Shown here: positions 25,999 through 34,748 of the stretch, piece after piece | Position numbering within the stretch: position 1 is the first letter of the stretch | Layout: every line of letters begins with the position of its first letter | IMG/VR virus record: IMGVR_UViG_3300009078_000001 | Source: a virus | Reading direction: 5' to 3' (one strand) | DNA length: 43,413 nt | Notes under the pieces: generated by a model | Seen by the model: only the letters and a program-made list of their open reading frames with translations | Databases searched by the model: none | Told to the model about the DNA's origin: nothing | Translations under genes and position numbers: made by a program

Positions 25999-26292
25999 TT
26001 AGAGTTTACCCCTCAAAACCTTTTTCAGTTCGCCCTTTTTAATCTCGCCTCGATATGTAATCCTGTGATCTCCGCAGGTTATCTCAATACTAGGTATAAA
26101 ATCAGCATGTTCGTTTTCATGTTTTTCAGTCCACTCTCTGCCGCAGATAGGTTCTATAACTACAACTTGATTTCCACACGATGAGGATTTTAAACAGCAG
26201 CCAGCATAAAAGGCATCGCAGGGTTCATTATTATGAGATGCCCAGTTATATTTAAAGCCCTTACTATCGCATTTCAGAAGTTGATAGCTCAT
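25999..26292 (-). CDS. Cys-rich hypothetical protein
   Basis: 97-aa ORF. Confidence 0.6.
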   Translation of the reverse strand: MSYQLLKCDSKGFKYNWASHNNEPCDAFYAGCCLKSSSCGNQVVVIEPICGREWTEKHENEHADFIPSIEITCGDHRITYRGEIKKGELKKVLRGKL

Positions 26293-26358
26293 ATCTCTCT
26301 CCTTTACCAGTTCTTTTCACTCTCTATTCCCCTTGATTGGTCACTCTAAAATCCATGA

Positions 26359-26820
26359 CTACAGCGGCTTTTGAATATCACTTAGATGCCCACGTAATTT
26401 TAATCTTCTTACTACTGAATAAAGAATCGGCCATTCAGCACACCTAACAACATCATTACTGTAGCGTTGCGGCTTAACTATTTCTATTATCTTTTTGTCC
26501 GTTGCATACAGTAATCCCCAACCGCTAGTAGGCAAATCTTCCTTACATGCTATGTGCGGTAGAGTTAAATAATAGCGATAATTACCCATAGAATTACTAC
26601 CATTCCTATGGGGCTTGTGTTTATCGGATTTAAAATCCTGCCGACTAACCTTACATTCAATCACAATAGAATACCGATTATAAAAACCAATAACATCAGG
26701 AATTTCCTCTGTAAAACAGTGATATTCTGACAATACAACACCACATTTTTTACCCTCAAGCCATTTCACGGCTCTTTGAACTAGCATATCGTGTGTTATT
26801 AAACCTAATTCTGGTTTCAT
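26359..26820 (-). CDS. PD-(D/E)XK nuclease-fold protein (MmcB-like)
   Basis: EEIPDVIGFYNRYSIVIECKVSRQDF gives the D...E-x-K arrangement. Confidence 0.6.
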   Translation of the reverse strand: MKPELGLITHDMLVQRAVKWLEGKKCGVVLSEYHCFTEEIPDVIGFYNRYSIVIECKVSRQDFKSDKHKPHRNGSNSMGNYRYYLTLPHIACKEDLPTSGWGLLYATDKKIIEIVKPQRYSNDVVRCAEWPILYSVVRRLKLRGHLSDIQKPL

Positions 26821-26821
26821 T

Positions 26822-27055
26822 CTACCCCTCTAATTCCTCCCAGCAAAGAGGACACTCACGCTTCTTGGCTTTGCTAAAAATACCAATATCTATATGCGGG
26901 CAATTCTCATTTCCCCACTCATGGATTTTATGACGCTGGGCTTCAAGTAAATTACCAACACGAGTATAAGTATCTTTGTACTCTACGTCATTGTATCCAG
27001 TATGTAATGTGTATTCATGTTCTTTTATTTCCTCTGCTGTCAGTTTGCTATCCAT
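26822..27055 (-). CDS. Hypothetical protein
   Basis: 77-aa ORF in the operon. Confidence 0.6.
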   Translation of the reverse strand: MDSKLTAEEIKEHEYTLHTGYNDVEYKDTYTRVGNLLEAQRHKIHEWGNENCPHIDIGIFSKAKKRECPLCWEELEG

Positions 27056-27058
27056 CTT

Positions 27059-27382
27059 CTAATAAATTCCCTCCCTTATCTTAGCTACTAATTCCTCTGC
27101 ATTTTGGCGCAATGCTTCCTCTGTTCCTTTAGGTGCAAGGGTATCAATCAAGGAATTAAACTCACTATCAACTAATTGTGCTGTCCTCTCCCTCTCTGCC
27201 TGCACAACTCTGTCTGTTTCTAAAATGTGGTCTTTAAGGTCAGCGTCTAGCTGGGCTTGGGCTACTCTTTTAACTTCCTCTTGAATTACATATATTGCCC
27301 AGCTAGACCGTGACTTGATTTTGTCCACCTGCCTTTGTAGATTATCCTTGTTAAACATTTCCTCATCGCTAATTAGTTTCAT
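27059..27382 (-). CDS. Hypothetical coiled-coil protein
   Basis: 107-aa ORF. Confidence 0.6.
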   Translation of the reverse strand: MKLISDEEMFNKDNLQRQVDKIKSRSSWAIYVIQEEVKRVAQAQLDADLKDHILETDRVVQAERERTAQLVDSEFNSLIDTLAPKGTEEALRQNAEELVAKIREGIY

Positions 27383-27608
27383 ACCATCTCTCCCATTTTA
27401 TTATTTTGCCAGCTTCATCATAAATAATTATCTTCGCATCTCTCAATAATATAGGGTTAATGTGTTTAGTATAAATCTCGACAATATTTTTGCTCTCATC
27501 ATAATGTACGGAGATTTTGGGCGGGATACAATGGTCAACGGCAAGTGCCACAGAACTAACAAATGCACAACCCATGACAAATACCCAAATTACATCAATT
27601 AGTTTCAT
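27369..27608 (-). CDS. Small protein with an N-terminal signal or TM segment
   Basis: 79-aa ORF with VIWVFVMGCAFVSSVALAV. Confidence 0.6.
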   Translation of the reverse strand: MKLIDVIWVFVMGCAFVSSVALAVDHCIPPKISVHYDESKNIVEIYTKHINPILLRDAKIIIYDEAGKIIKWERWYETN

Positions 27609-27829
27609 TCCCTTACCTCCAGTTTATTGATTTTGCCGTAGTATTTTGGTAGTTCTCCACCACAAAAGGGACAATAAGACATCCTATACATCCCGCCAAA
27701 AATAGCCCATTTAATCTCGTCATTAACAATCTCACCCTCACATACCTTTGGAGGTTTATCTAAATTACAAGCTTTGCAATAATGAGCAACGTATTTAATT
27801 ACCCTTGATATTTTAATCTTAGCCTGCAT
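27605..27829 (-). CDS. Zinc-ribbon protein
   Basis: 74-aa ORF with CKACN...CPFCGG. Confidence 0.6.
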   Translation of the reverse strand: MQAKIKISRVIKYVAHYCKACNLDKPPKVCEGEIVNDEIKWAIFGGMYRMSYCPFCGGELPKYYGKINKLEVRE

Positions 27830-27831
27830 AT

Positions 27832-28101
27832 CTATTTTCCTCCTAGTTTAGATTTAAGATAATCCTCAAGCAGTGGTTTCTCTTCAAGCCTATCCCAATC
27901 TTTCATAATGAAGTATAATTTCAAGGCATCTACCTCTACCATCTGTGAGAGGATAGACTGCTCTAATTCCTTTGCAAATTCAGGAATAAGGTTATTAAAA
28001 TTGTCAGGATAGTTATTATACAAACCCAATCCGTGATACTTGCCTAGTAAATAAGATAATGTTGACACTAAATCAGGTATCTTCCCATTAAACCATTTCA
28101 C
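27832..28101 (-). CDS. Hypothetical protein
   Basis: I prefer the GTG at 28101, which follows GGAGG and forms a GTGA overlap with the upstream stop, over the track start at 28140. Confidence 0.55.
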   Translation of the reverse strand: MKWFNGKIPDLVSTLSYLLGKYHGLGLYNNYPDNFNNLIPEFAKELEQSILSQMVEVDALKLYFIMKDWDRLEEKPLLEDYLKSKLGGK

Positions 28102-28355
28102 TTTGTGGCCTCCTCTAGTTCTTTCATACAGACAGGACATAATCTTCGTGCCGTTCTAAAATAGCCATCTGGTTTATGCGTATCATCGGTGCATGGCTCA
28201 TTCAGTAGCTTTACTACTTTTGATACTGCGGCTTTAGCTATTGCGTCAGTTAATTCAGCTTCATAGCAATCAGGATCTGGCTGAGTTTTAACTCGCTTAA
28301 CAGTTGCACTCCCGACAATGTTTATTTCCGTTGGTGTTAGTAACCAGTCTTTCAT
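28098..28355 (-). CDS. Hypothetical protein
   Basis: 85-aa ORF. Confidence 0.6.
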   Translation of the reverse strand: MKDWLLTPTEINIVGSATVKRVKTQPDPDCYEAELTDAIAKAAVSKVVKLLNEPCTDDTHKPDGYFRTARRLCPVCMKELEEATK

Positions 28356-28585
28356 TTATTCCCCTCCGTATTCTTGACCGCGTAATCATAAATCGTAGAA
28401 TAGATGCGGGCGACTACCGGTACTGCATCCTCGTACGCCTGTTTATAGATAGATTTAATATCCTGGGCTTTGTGCCTCAGGTGAATAACGTCCGCCGCCT
28501 CCGCTATCATGTCGGTTAAATCCATAGACTCAGGCGTTACCATGTACTCCACTAACCAGCTTTTAAATTCTTCTTTAAATGCCAT
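28352..28585 (-). CDS. Hypothetical protein
   Basis: 77-aa ORF. Confidence 0.6.
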   Translation of the reverse strand: MAFKEEFKSWLVEYMVTPESMDLTDMIAEAADVIHLRHKAQDIKSIYKQAYEDAVPVVARIYSTIYDYAVKNTEGNK

Positions 28586-28751
28586 TGAACTCCTTCCAGC
28601 CTTCCATTACTGGTGACGTGGGATAGCCCCACTGTTTGGCTAACCATAAGGCCATGTCTAGCGTATAGCCATACTTAAATAACTCGTACCAGTTCCATAA
28701 ATTGTCATGATCGCAGATAATACGGCAGAGCTGGCGGGCTAGGATCCTCAT
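28575..28751 (-). CDS. Hypothetical protein (58 aa, not in track)
   Basis: My translation is MRILARQLCRIICDHDNLWNWYELFKYGYTLDMALWLAKQWGYPTSPVMEGWKEFNGI*. ATGA overlap with the methyltransferase stop. Confidence 0.55.
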   Translation of the reverse strand: MRILARQLCRIICDHDNLWNWYELFKYGYTLDMALWLAKQWGYPTSPVMEGWKEFNGI

Positions 28752-29434
28752 AACGCTAACTCCATGACCTCTTGACTACATCTTTTAGCGGCTATCTCAC
28801 AATACTTTTCCTCTATTTCTATACCTATTGAGTAGCGATTTAGTTTCTTTGCACAATAACAGGTCGTACCCGAACCGAGAAAGGGGTCAAGGATTAGATT
28901 ATTTTCTTTTGTTGCTGTTGTAATAAGATAACCCAGATATCCCTCTGGCTTTTCTGTTGGGTGGTCACGGTCTAGCGTCTTAACATTATCCTCAATCCAA
29001 TAATCGAATAATTTTCCGCTAGGGCAATCAGTAGGTGATGTCGGAGGTTTTTGTGCCACCAATGCTAATTGATGACAATATCTGAACATATGCCAATGTC
29101 TAGCTGCATTGTGAATCCATACCACCATGTTTCTAGGTATGATAGAGTTTTGTAATGCCACCCTCCAGAAACTAGGATATGTTCGCCAATCACAAAGTAA
29201 AACCAAATTACCCGCAGGCTTTATACAAGGATTCCATAATCGCAACTGGTCATTAAACCAACCTTCCATAATTGTATAATTACCTAATTCGTTTTTGGTT
29301 TCAGTAGTACCAAATAAGACAAGAAACGGCGGGTCAGTCAATACTAAATCTACCTTAACATCTAATTGAGGTAGGATTTCACGACAATCTCCCAAAAATA
29401 TCTGTACCCAGCGGTCTTGATAATAAGGCTTCAC
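28748..29434 (-). CDS. DNA methyltransferase, beta class (motif IV before motif I)
   Basis: VLTDPPF near the N-terminus and ILDPFLGSGTTCYCAKKLNRYSIGIEIEEKY near the C-terminus. Confidence 0.85.
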   Translation of the reverse strand: MKPYYQDRWVQIFLGDCREILPQLDVKVDLVLTDPPFLVLFGTTETKNELGNYTIMEGWFNDQLRLWNPCIKPAGNLVLLCDWRTYPSFWRVALQNSIIPRNMVVWIHNAARHWHMFRYCHQLALVAQKPPTSPTDCPSGKLFDYWIEDNVKTLDRDHPTEKPEGYLGYLITTATKENNLILDPFLGSGTTCYCAKKLNRYSIGIEIEEKYCEIAAKRCSQEVMELAL

Positions 29435-30753
29435 GCCATATCCCCCATAAATCCCGTCTCGGCATTATAAAATAACTCGCTTGTCCCCCGGGGGCCTTCC
29501 CTGTTCTTGTCAATAATCACTTCTAACGAGTTCCTTTTGACGGGTACTTTCCTGCCGTCATCACCAAAGGAAAAGTCCTTGTAATAAAACTCGTCCCTGT
29601 AAAGAAACATGATTACATCGGCCACCTGCTCAATTACCCCGGAATCCCTGAGATCGGCGGTTACAGGCCGTTTGTCTTTGCGCGCTTCCGGGCCCCGGTT
29701 GAGCTGCGACACCGCCACAACTGGTATATTTACCGTCCTGGCCGTCACCCGCAGGTTGTCAATTATCTGCCCTATTCTTTTTACCTCGCTATCATCCATG
29801 TCGCCAGCCAGGTTAATATAATCAAAGTACATAATATCCACGCCTTGAGTTTTGGACATGGCCATTACTTCAGTCATGGCAGAGGCAGTCTGTATCCTGT
29901 TGGCATCGTTTACCTGGATTGGCAACATCGCCAGCTCTGCCCATTTGTCCCAGAATTTCCTTTGAGTTTCCTGATCTGATCTTGGCATCTGATAGCGATT
30001 CAGATTAGCCTCGGCAAATACCATGCGTTCCAGTATGCTTTTCCTTGACTGCTCCAGTGAGTAAATGGCTATCTTTAATCCCTGTCTAGCCTGGTGCCTT
30101 GCCATATTTAAGAACAACTGGGTTTTCCCCATGGACGGACGGGCGGCTATCACATAAAGTTTAGACTTCTGAAAGCCATCAATCCGTTTATCAAGATTTT
30201 TAAAGCCAGTCGAATATCCCTGAATTGTTCTGGCTCCCTCAATCCACTCCAACACTTCACCAGCGCAATCATGGGCTATGTCTTTAATTGGAGCCAGCCC
30301 CGTTTTCATGTTCTTTGTCTGGAAGTCTAAGAGTTTTCTAATGCTCTCCTGGACGGCTGTATCGGCGGTGGCCGCATTATAACCATCCTCCATAATGGAT
30401 TGTCCTAAAGAGATAAGAAGCCGCTTATTTTGCAGGTTACGCACAATCTCAGCGTAGTAAACAATATGCGCCGAGGTTGGCACTTCCGCGACAAGCCTTG
30501 AAAGATACGCAGCGCCGCCTATTTCCTCCAGCTTATCCCTTTGCGCCAAATCTCTGGCTACCGTGATCTGGTTTATTCCGACCTGTTTTTTAAAAAGGTT
30601 CTGGCAGGACTCGAATACCAATTTATTCTGATCCGTAAAAAAGTCATTGGGGTTGAGATCAATTTCAAATATCGCTTCGCCGTCTATTAAAAGCGAACCG
30701 ACTACGGCCTTTTCAGCATCTTCCGCATAGGGCGGCATACGTTCTGTCAACAC
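29431..30753 (-). CDS. dnaB: Replicative DNA helicase DnaB
   Basis: PPYAEDAEKAVVGSLLIDGEAI N-domain, Walker A AARPSMGKTQ, and a typical DnaB C-domain. Confidence 0.9.
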   Translation of the reverse strand: MLTERMPPYAEDAEKAVVGSLLIDGEAIFEIDLNPNDFFTDQNKLVFESCQNLFKKQVGINQITVARDLAQRDKLEEIGGAAYLSRLVAEVPTSAHIVYYAEIVRNLQNKRLLISLGQSIMEDGYNAATADTAVQESIRKLLDFQTKNMKTGLAPIKDIAHDCAGEVLEWIEGARTIQGYSTGFKNLDKRIDGFQKSKLYVIAARPSMGKTQLFLNMARHQARQGLKIAIYSLEQSRKSILERMVFAEANLNRYQMPRSDQETQRKFWDKWAELAMLPIQVNDANRIQTASAMTEVMAMSKTQGVDIMYFDYINLAGDMDDSEVKRIGQIIDNLRVTARTVNIPVVAVSQLNRGPEARKDKRPVTADLRDSGVIEQVADVIMFLYRDEFYYKDFSFGDDGRKVPVKRNSLEVIIDKNREGPRGTSELFYNAETGFMGDMA

Positions 30754-32069
30754 GCTAACTCCATTGGTATCGGTATCTCAGATAATCTTTGAACACATAA
30801 CTTACAATAGTTCGGGTTTAATTCAATGCCGATACTTTTTCTGTTTAGTTTTTTGGCAACAGCCAGGGTAGTGCCTGAGCCAGCAAAGATGTCCATGACT
30901 GTACCTGGAGCCCAGCCAGCACCACAGCCACAGTCTGAATAGCCTTTTAGGGTAGCTTCGGCGGGTTCTAACATCGTGCCAGCTGTTGCGGTTCTGTTCC
31001 CTGACGCTTCGGCATAGCCCTCAGTCTTTTTAATAACCATAGGCTTGCGGACATAGATTGGCTCTCGTGCCTTCCCGCACTTCTTACATATCATAGACGG
31101 GCAGCCTGCTAGAATTGGTGTAGTTACTAAATCCTCTGGGAAGGTGGCGAAGTGGGCTTCAGGATATGGTTGCGTATTTATCTCCCAGACATCACGCTTG
31201 TTACGGCCATTTATTTGTTCAGCCTGTTCTTTGGTTAGCCTCTCGCCTTTATGTAGTTTTTGTGGTTGCTGATTTGGGTAATTCGGGTCATAGTCTGTAA
31301 AATGGTTTCTCTGTAATCGTTCTAATGATTGCTGTAATATAGGCTCAAACTGCTGCTCAAACCAATACTTCTTACTCTTAACAAAGAAATACACGTGCTC
31401 ATAAGTACCTGTAAATCTATCCTTGACTGATTCTGGCATGGGATTGGCCTTGTACCAGATGATGTCATTCCTGCATATCCAGCCATGCTCTACCATGCCT
31501 ATTACAAAGCGTTCTGGTATAAGACAAAGGGACTTGGCGGGGACTAGATTATCTGGCCATTCACGCTGCACGCCGTTTCTCGATGCGGATTTAGATATTC
31601 CTGGGTTTTTATGAGTAGGTAGATGCGCGCCGCCACTGTTAGAATAAGAGTCAGCCAAATTGACAAAAAGCGTTCCTGATTTCTTTAAGACCCTTTTACA
31701 TTCATCAAATATCTGTATCAAGTGGGAGATATAGAGTTCTATCGTGGGTTCGAGGCCAAGCTCACCACGCCAGGCATGGCAGCGGAGGCAGAAGTTTGTT
31801 GTAGTTTCGTTTCTATTTTGTGTGGCTATACTTTGTAGATGGCCAGGATTTGAGTCGTTACTACGATAGCCAGCTCTTGGGATACCATCATCCCACTCGT
31901 GCTCACAATGGCCATTGCCCCATACTATCGGCTCGGTTTTATATGACCTTAAACCCCAGTATGGCGGAGAGGTTATGCAGCAGTCCACACTCTCAGGCGG
32001 CAGTTCTTTTAGCACATCAAGTACATGCCCCTGATAAAGTGTTGTATTAGGCTCTGTATAATAAATCAT
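30747..32069 (-). CDS. DNA methyltransferase, beta class (SPPY type, possibly N4-cytosine)
   Basis: CCITSPPYWGLRSY near the N-terminus and DIFAGSGTTLAVAKKLNRKSIGIELNPNY near the C-terminus. Confidence 0.85.
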   Translation of the reverse strand: MIYYTEPNTTLYQGHVLDVLKELPPESVDCCITSPPYWGLRSYKTEPIVWGNGHCEHEWDDGIPRAGYRSNDSNPGHLQSIATQNRNETTTNFCLRCHAWRGELGLEPTIELYISHLIQIFDECKRVLKKSGTLFVNLADSYSNSGGAHLPTHKNPGISKSASRNGVQREWPDNLVPAKSLCLIPERFVIGMVEHGWICRNDIIWYKANPMPESVKDRFTGTYEHVYFFVKSKKYWFEQQFEPILQQSLERLQRNHFTDYDPNYPNQQPQKLHKGERLTKEQAEQINGRNKRDVWEINTQPYPEAHFATFPEDLVTTPILAGCPSMICKKCGKAREPIYVRKPMVIKKTEGYAEASGNRTATAGTMLEPAEATLKGYSDCGCGAGWAPGTVMDIFAGSGTTLAVAKKLNRKSIGIELNPNYCKLCVQRLSEIPIPMELAC

Positions 32070-32084
32070 TCCCCTCTTTATACC

Positions 32085-32819
32085 TCAATCATTGAACTTT
32101 ACCCTGCTGGGGTTATTGTCTGAGCCGGGATCAAAGGCGGGCTTATTGTCTTTTCGTGACCAGCTTAGAATAGTGGCATAGTGAGAAGCATACTTCGCGG
32201 CTCTTCTTTGCCCTATCTGCTCAATATATTCGCTGAGACGTTCTATTCTTTCCTTAAAATCAAAGGGAAACTTCTCTTTAATTTTTTCAATCTCTTCTGC
32301 TGATAAGAGGACATTATTAAATTGTCCATACCTTTCTTTATATATTTCTTTTTTTACTTTACTTTTCTTTACTTTACTTTGTGGGGTTTCTGGATAGGTT
32401 TCTTGGGTAGTTTCTTCCCTAGTTTCTGCGGCAGAAATCCTTTTAGCATCGTATAATGCCCTCATTTTCTCCCTTTTTTCTACCACTACACTGGCTCTTT
32501 TTTGTACTCCGTTGCTGGTTAAACACCCCTTTTCGGTGTAAATATCCTTATTAAAACACCCATGTTTTAGCGCACTTTTTAATATCTGGTCATATTCCTG
32601 CTCAGTTACTGCTAGTTTTCTGCAGAATATCTGCCTAGTTTCTGCGTCAGAAATGTCCAGCGTTAAATCTTCACATTTATAGATGTATTCAAGGTGCATA
32701 AAATAGAAAGCATACCCCCGGGCACCGTATAGAATAATAAGAGGCTCCAGTTTTGGATCACTGGAGGCATCCGTATCATGGGGGAAATAATCTAGCCCCT
32801 GTTTAATCGGTCTGGCCAT
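32085..32819 (-). CDS. Replication initiator / replisome organiser (DUF4373, Lin1244-like N-domain)
   Basis: GLDYFPHDTDASSDPKLEPLIILYGARGYAFYFMHLEYIYK. Confidence 0.7.
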   Translation of the reverse strand: MARPIKQGLDYFPHDTDASSDPKLEPLIILYGARGYAFYFMHLEYIYKCEDLTLDISDAETRQIFCRKLAVTEQEYDQILKSALKHGCFNKDIYTEKGCLTSNGVQKRASVVVEKREKMRALYDAKRISAAETREETTQETYPETPQSKVKKSKVKKEIYKERYGQFNNVLLSAEEIEKIKEKFPFDFKERIERLSEYIEQIGQRRAAKYASHYATILSWSRKDNKPAFDPGSDNNPSRVKFND

Positions 32820-33228
32820 ATTTAACCTTCTCGTTTAGCCATTCTTTACTATATTTAGTACCCTTTTTGGAATTACAAGATCGGCATAGTGTTTGTAAAT
32901 TATCTAATTCCAGTTTCCCGCCCATACATTCTGGTAATATATGATCAATAGACAAATTTTCCTGTGTACCACATTGTTTGCATTTAAAACTATCTCTTTT
33001 CCATACAGCCCACTTTATTTTGTATGGAATAAATTGTTTAGCATAACTCTCTGTGTTTTTATTAGGGTTGGGATCATACGGGCTAAACCACCACTTGTGT
33101 ACTTGAAGCCAAAATAAATTGCTTGTGCAGTTACAACATAATATGTAATCTTTGTCTAATGGCAAGATATGATGGGACATACCACCTTGTATTGTGCCGC
33201 AAAAATCACACCTATTGTCAGATTTCAT
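32803..33228 (-). CDS. HNH endonuclease with an N-terminal zinc ribbon
   Basis: FKCKQCGTQENLSIDHILPECMGGKLELDNLQTLCRSCNSKKG. Confidence 0.85.
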   Translation of the reverse strand: MKSDNRCDFCGTIQGGMSHHILPLDKDYILCCNCTSNLFWLQVHKWWFSPYDPNPNKNTESYAKQFIPYKIKWAVWKRDSFKCKQCGTQENLSIDHILPECMGGKLELDNLQTLCRSCNSKKGTKYSKEWLNEKVKYGQTD

Positions 33229-33231
33229 TAT

Positions 33232-33420
33232 TTAATTTGCTCCATTATTCCCCCATAACTCCAACGGCTCCGTGCCCTCTATTGGGTAAAATAATTCCGT
33301 GTTGATGTCGACATCTAACTCTTTATCTTTAAGCGCCCAGTTGCCATGTAGTGTCTTATGGCGCTTCCGTTGTACTCCGCGCAGATACGGCTCTGCTGGT
33401 ACGTTGGCAACTATACGCAT
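33232..33420 (-). CDS. Hypothetical protein
   Basis: 62-aa ORF. Confidence 0.55.
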   Translation of the reverse strand: MRIVANVPAEPYLRGVQRKRHKTLHGNWALKDKELDVDINTELFYPIEGTEPLELWGNNGAN

Positions 33421-33632
33421 TGAACAATCCGCCTTATTGATCGCTCGGTAATTTCATACATCTCTGCTAGGCGACTGTAAGTAAATCCTTCTTTGTATTT
33501 ACCCCGTATCTCATTATGCCTATCTCCCAAGCGGGGGAGTTTATTTCTTAAATCTTCAATGCAAACCTTACGAGAACAATTTAAGCATTGTTCTATCGAT
33601 GGTTCCTGAATTCTACAGTTGACTATGTTAAT
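33411..33632 (-). CDS. HTH (Mor / sigma70 region-4-like) small protein with no canonical start codon (not in track)
   Basis: My translation of the open frame is ...CRIQEPSIEQCLNCSRKVCIEDLRNKLPRLGDRHNEIRGKYKEGFTYSRLAEMYEITERSIRRIVQCV*. Near the 5' end only ATT (33632) and ATA (33626) are available as starts. Confidence 0.5.
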   Translation of the reverse strand: MNIVNCRIQEPSIEQCLNCSRKVCIEDLRNKLPRLGDRHNEIRGKYKEGFTYSRLAEMYEITERSIRRIVQCV

Positions 33633-33865
33633 TGCCTTCTATCGCCTCATGGTATTCTTTGTTTTCCGCCGGTGTCATGGGCTTTGCCGGGCCGAATTTA
33701 ATCTCCCTGAACGGCTTGGGTTTCTGCAGGAAGCCGTCCCGGGCTCCCTTGAACCGCCCTATTAAGGTTGGTGCCCGCCAATCCCTCTGGCAGTCCGGAC
33801 ATACTTTCGGCAAGCCCTCTTTTAGTTTAGTTTCCCATTCATGGTGACACTGATAGCACTTCATA
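33628..33865 (-). CDS. Zinc-ribbon protein
   Basis: I prefer the ATG at 33865 (MKCYQCHHEWETKLKEGLPKVCPDCQRDW), which follows AAGGAG. The track's longer N-terminus would run through the tRNA-like gene. Confidence 0.7.
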
Positions 33866-33886
33866 TTCACTCCTTGATTTATTTTG

Positions 33887-33989
33887 TCCTTGCTGGCTAC
33901 GGAATCGAACCGTAGAAACATAGAGCTTGCAAACACTATGTGACAGGACTCGCCTTTGTCGTAGCATTCCATGTCTACTACCAGCAAGG
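33887..33989 (-). tRNA. tRNA-like gene with canonical acceptor, D and T arms but a non-canonical, oversized anticodon/variable region
   Basis: Minus strand reads TTGCTGG-TA-GTAG-ACATGGAATG-CTAC-G-[GACAAAGGCGAGTCCTGTC][ACATAGTGTTTGCAAGCTCTATGT]-TTC-TACGG-TTCGATT-CCGTA-G-CCAGCAA. The T-loop GGTTCGATTCC and the D-loop GG are present. About 99 nt in total. Confidence 0.6.
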
Positions 33990-34109
33990 ACTTTTGTCTG
34001 GCTAATAGCCCCCTCAGCTTAGCTTGTTTTCAGCAGCGCCAGCGGCATTATAATAGCTATTATTTCCGCTTTGGAGCCCTGTCGCTTGGTGCAGGGTAGC
34101 CAGATATAT

Positions 34110-34748
34110 TCATTTCCCTTTTATCTCCCTCTTTAATCTGTATATTTCCAGGCAGTTTAAAAATACCTTTAAGTGTAAAGACAAGTCCTCCAGCACGCGC
34201 TCCTCGAAGCCCTCCTTGTCATCCCGGCCGATGCGGAGGATCCGGCAGGTCTTAATTTCGTGGCCGTTCTGCTCTAGGAGTAATTTATAAGCGGCCAGCT
34301 GGAAAAACATCTCGTCATAGATTCCACTCCCGGTCTTGAAATCTACCAGAGCCAGCTCGCCATCCACTTTTCCGTATAAGTCAATGGTCCCGCCGAAGCC
34401 TAACCCGCTGACAAAGGGCGTCTCGACAAGTATGGGCTCGACTGTATGCGCCTTTTCCCAGTCCCAGTATTTAATTAAGGAATTCTCAGCCTCATTTAGC
34501 TGGTTGGGAGAATAGTCTGCGGTCTCCGGTGTTTCCTTGCGGAAGTGGCAGAGGATTAGATAATGGGCTAAAGTTCCTATTTCCGCTTTTTCGTCTCTGT
34601 AACGAGCCGAATCTATCCCTTGAAGCCCCAGCCTGTTGGCCCAGGCTATGAGCGCCGGTTTCGCCAGCACATCATTGAGTATTGTAGTAACCCCGGGTAT
34701 TTTTGTGCCGTCTGAGAGTTTATAGATTATGTGCGCGGCGGTTTTCAA
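34110..34748 (-). CDS. PD-(D/E)XK exonuclease (RecB/Cas4-like fold)
   Basis: GTLAHYLI..., GGTIDLYGKVDGELALVDFKTG, and QLAAYKLL (D...D/E-x-K plus QxxxY). Confidence 0.75.
   Translation of the reverse strand: MKTAAHIIYKLSDGTKIPGVTTILNDVLAKPALIAWANRLGLQGIDSARYRDEKAEIGTLAHYLILCHFRKETPETADYSPNQLNEAENSLIKYWDWEKAHTVEPILVETPFVSGLGFGGTIDLYGKVDGELALVDFKTGSGIYDEMFFQLAAYKLLLEQNGHEIKTCRILRIGRDDKEGFEERVLEDLSLHLKVFLNCLEIYRLKREIKGK

Noticed and set aside
33866-33987. Long N-terminal extensions in the track (33628..33987, 9414..10322, 41801..42187, 7691..8080, 24799..25062, 27832..28140, 19975..20823, 37293..37661)
   Set aside because: In each case an internal ATG or GTG preceded by a strong GGAGG-type RBS gives a start that is coupled to the upstream stop. 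The extension would overlap another gene or the tRNA-like element.
33887-33989. The tRNA-like gene as a suppressor tRNA for the in-frame stops in terL or the phosphoesterase gene
   Set aside because: I could not place CTA, TTA or TCA in a 7-nt loop preceded by U33 and closed by a 5-bp stem anywhere in the element. Any functional link remains speculation.
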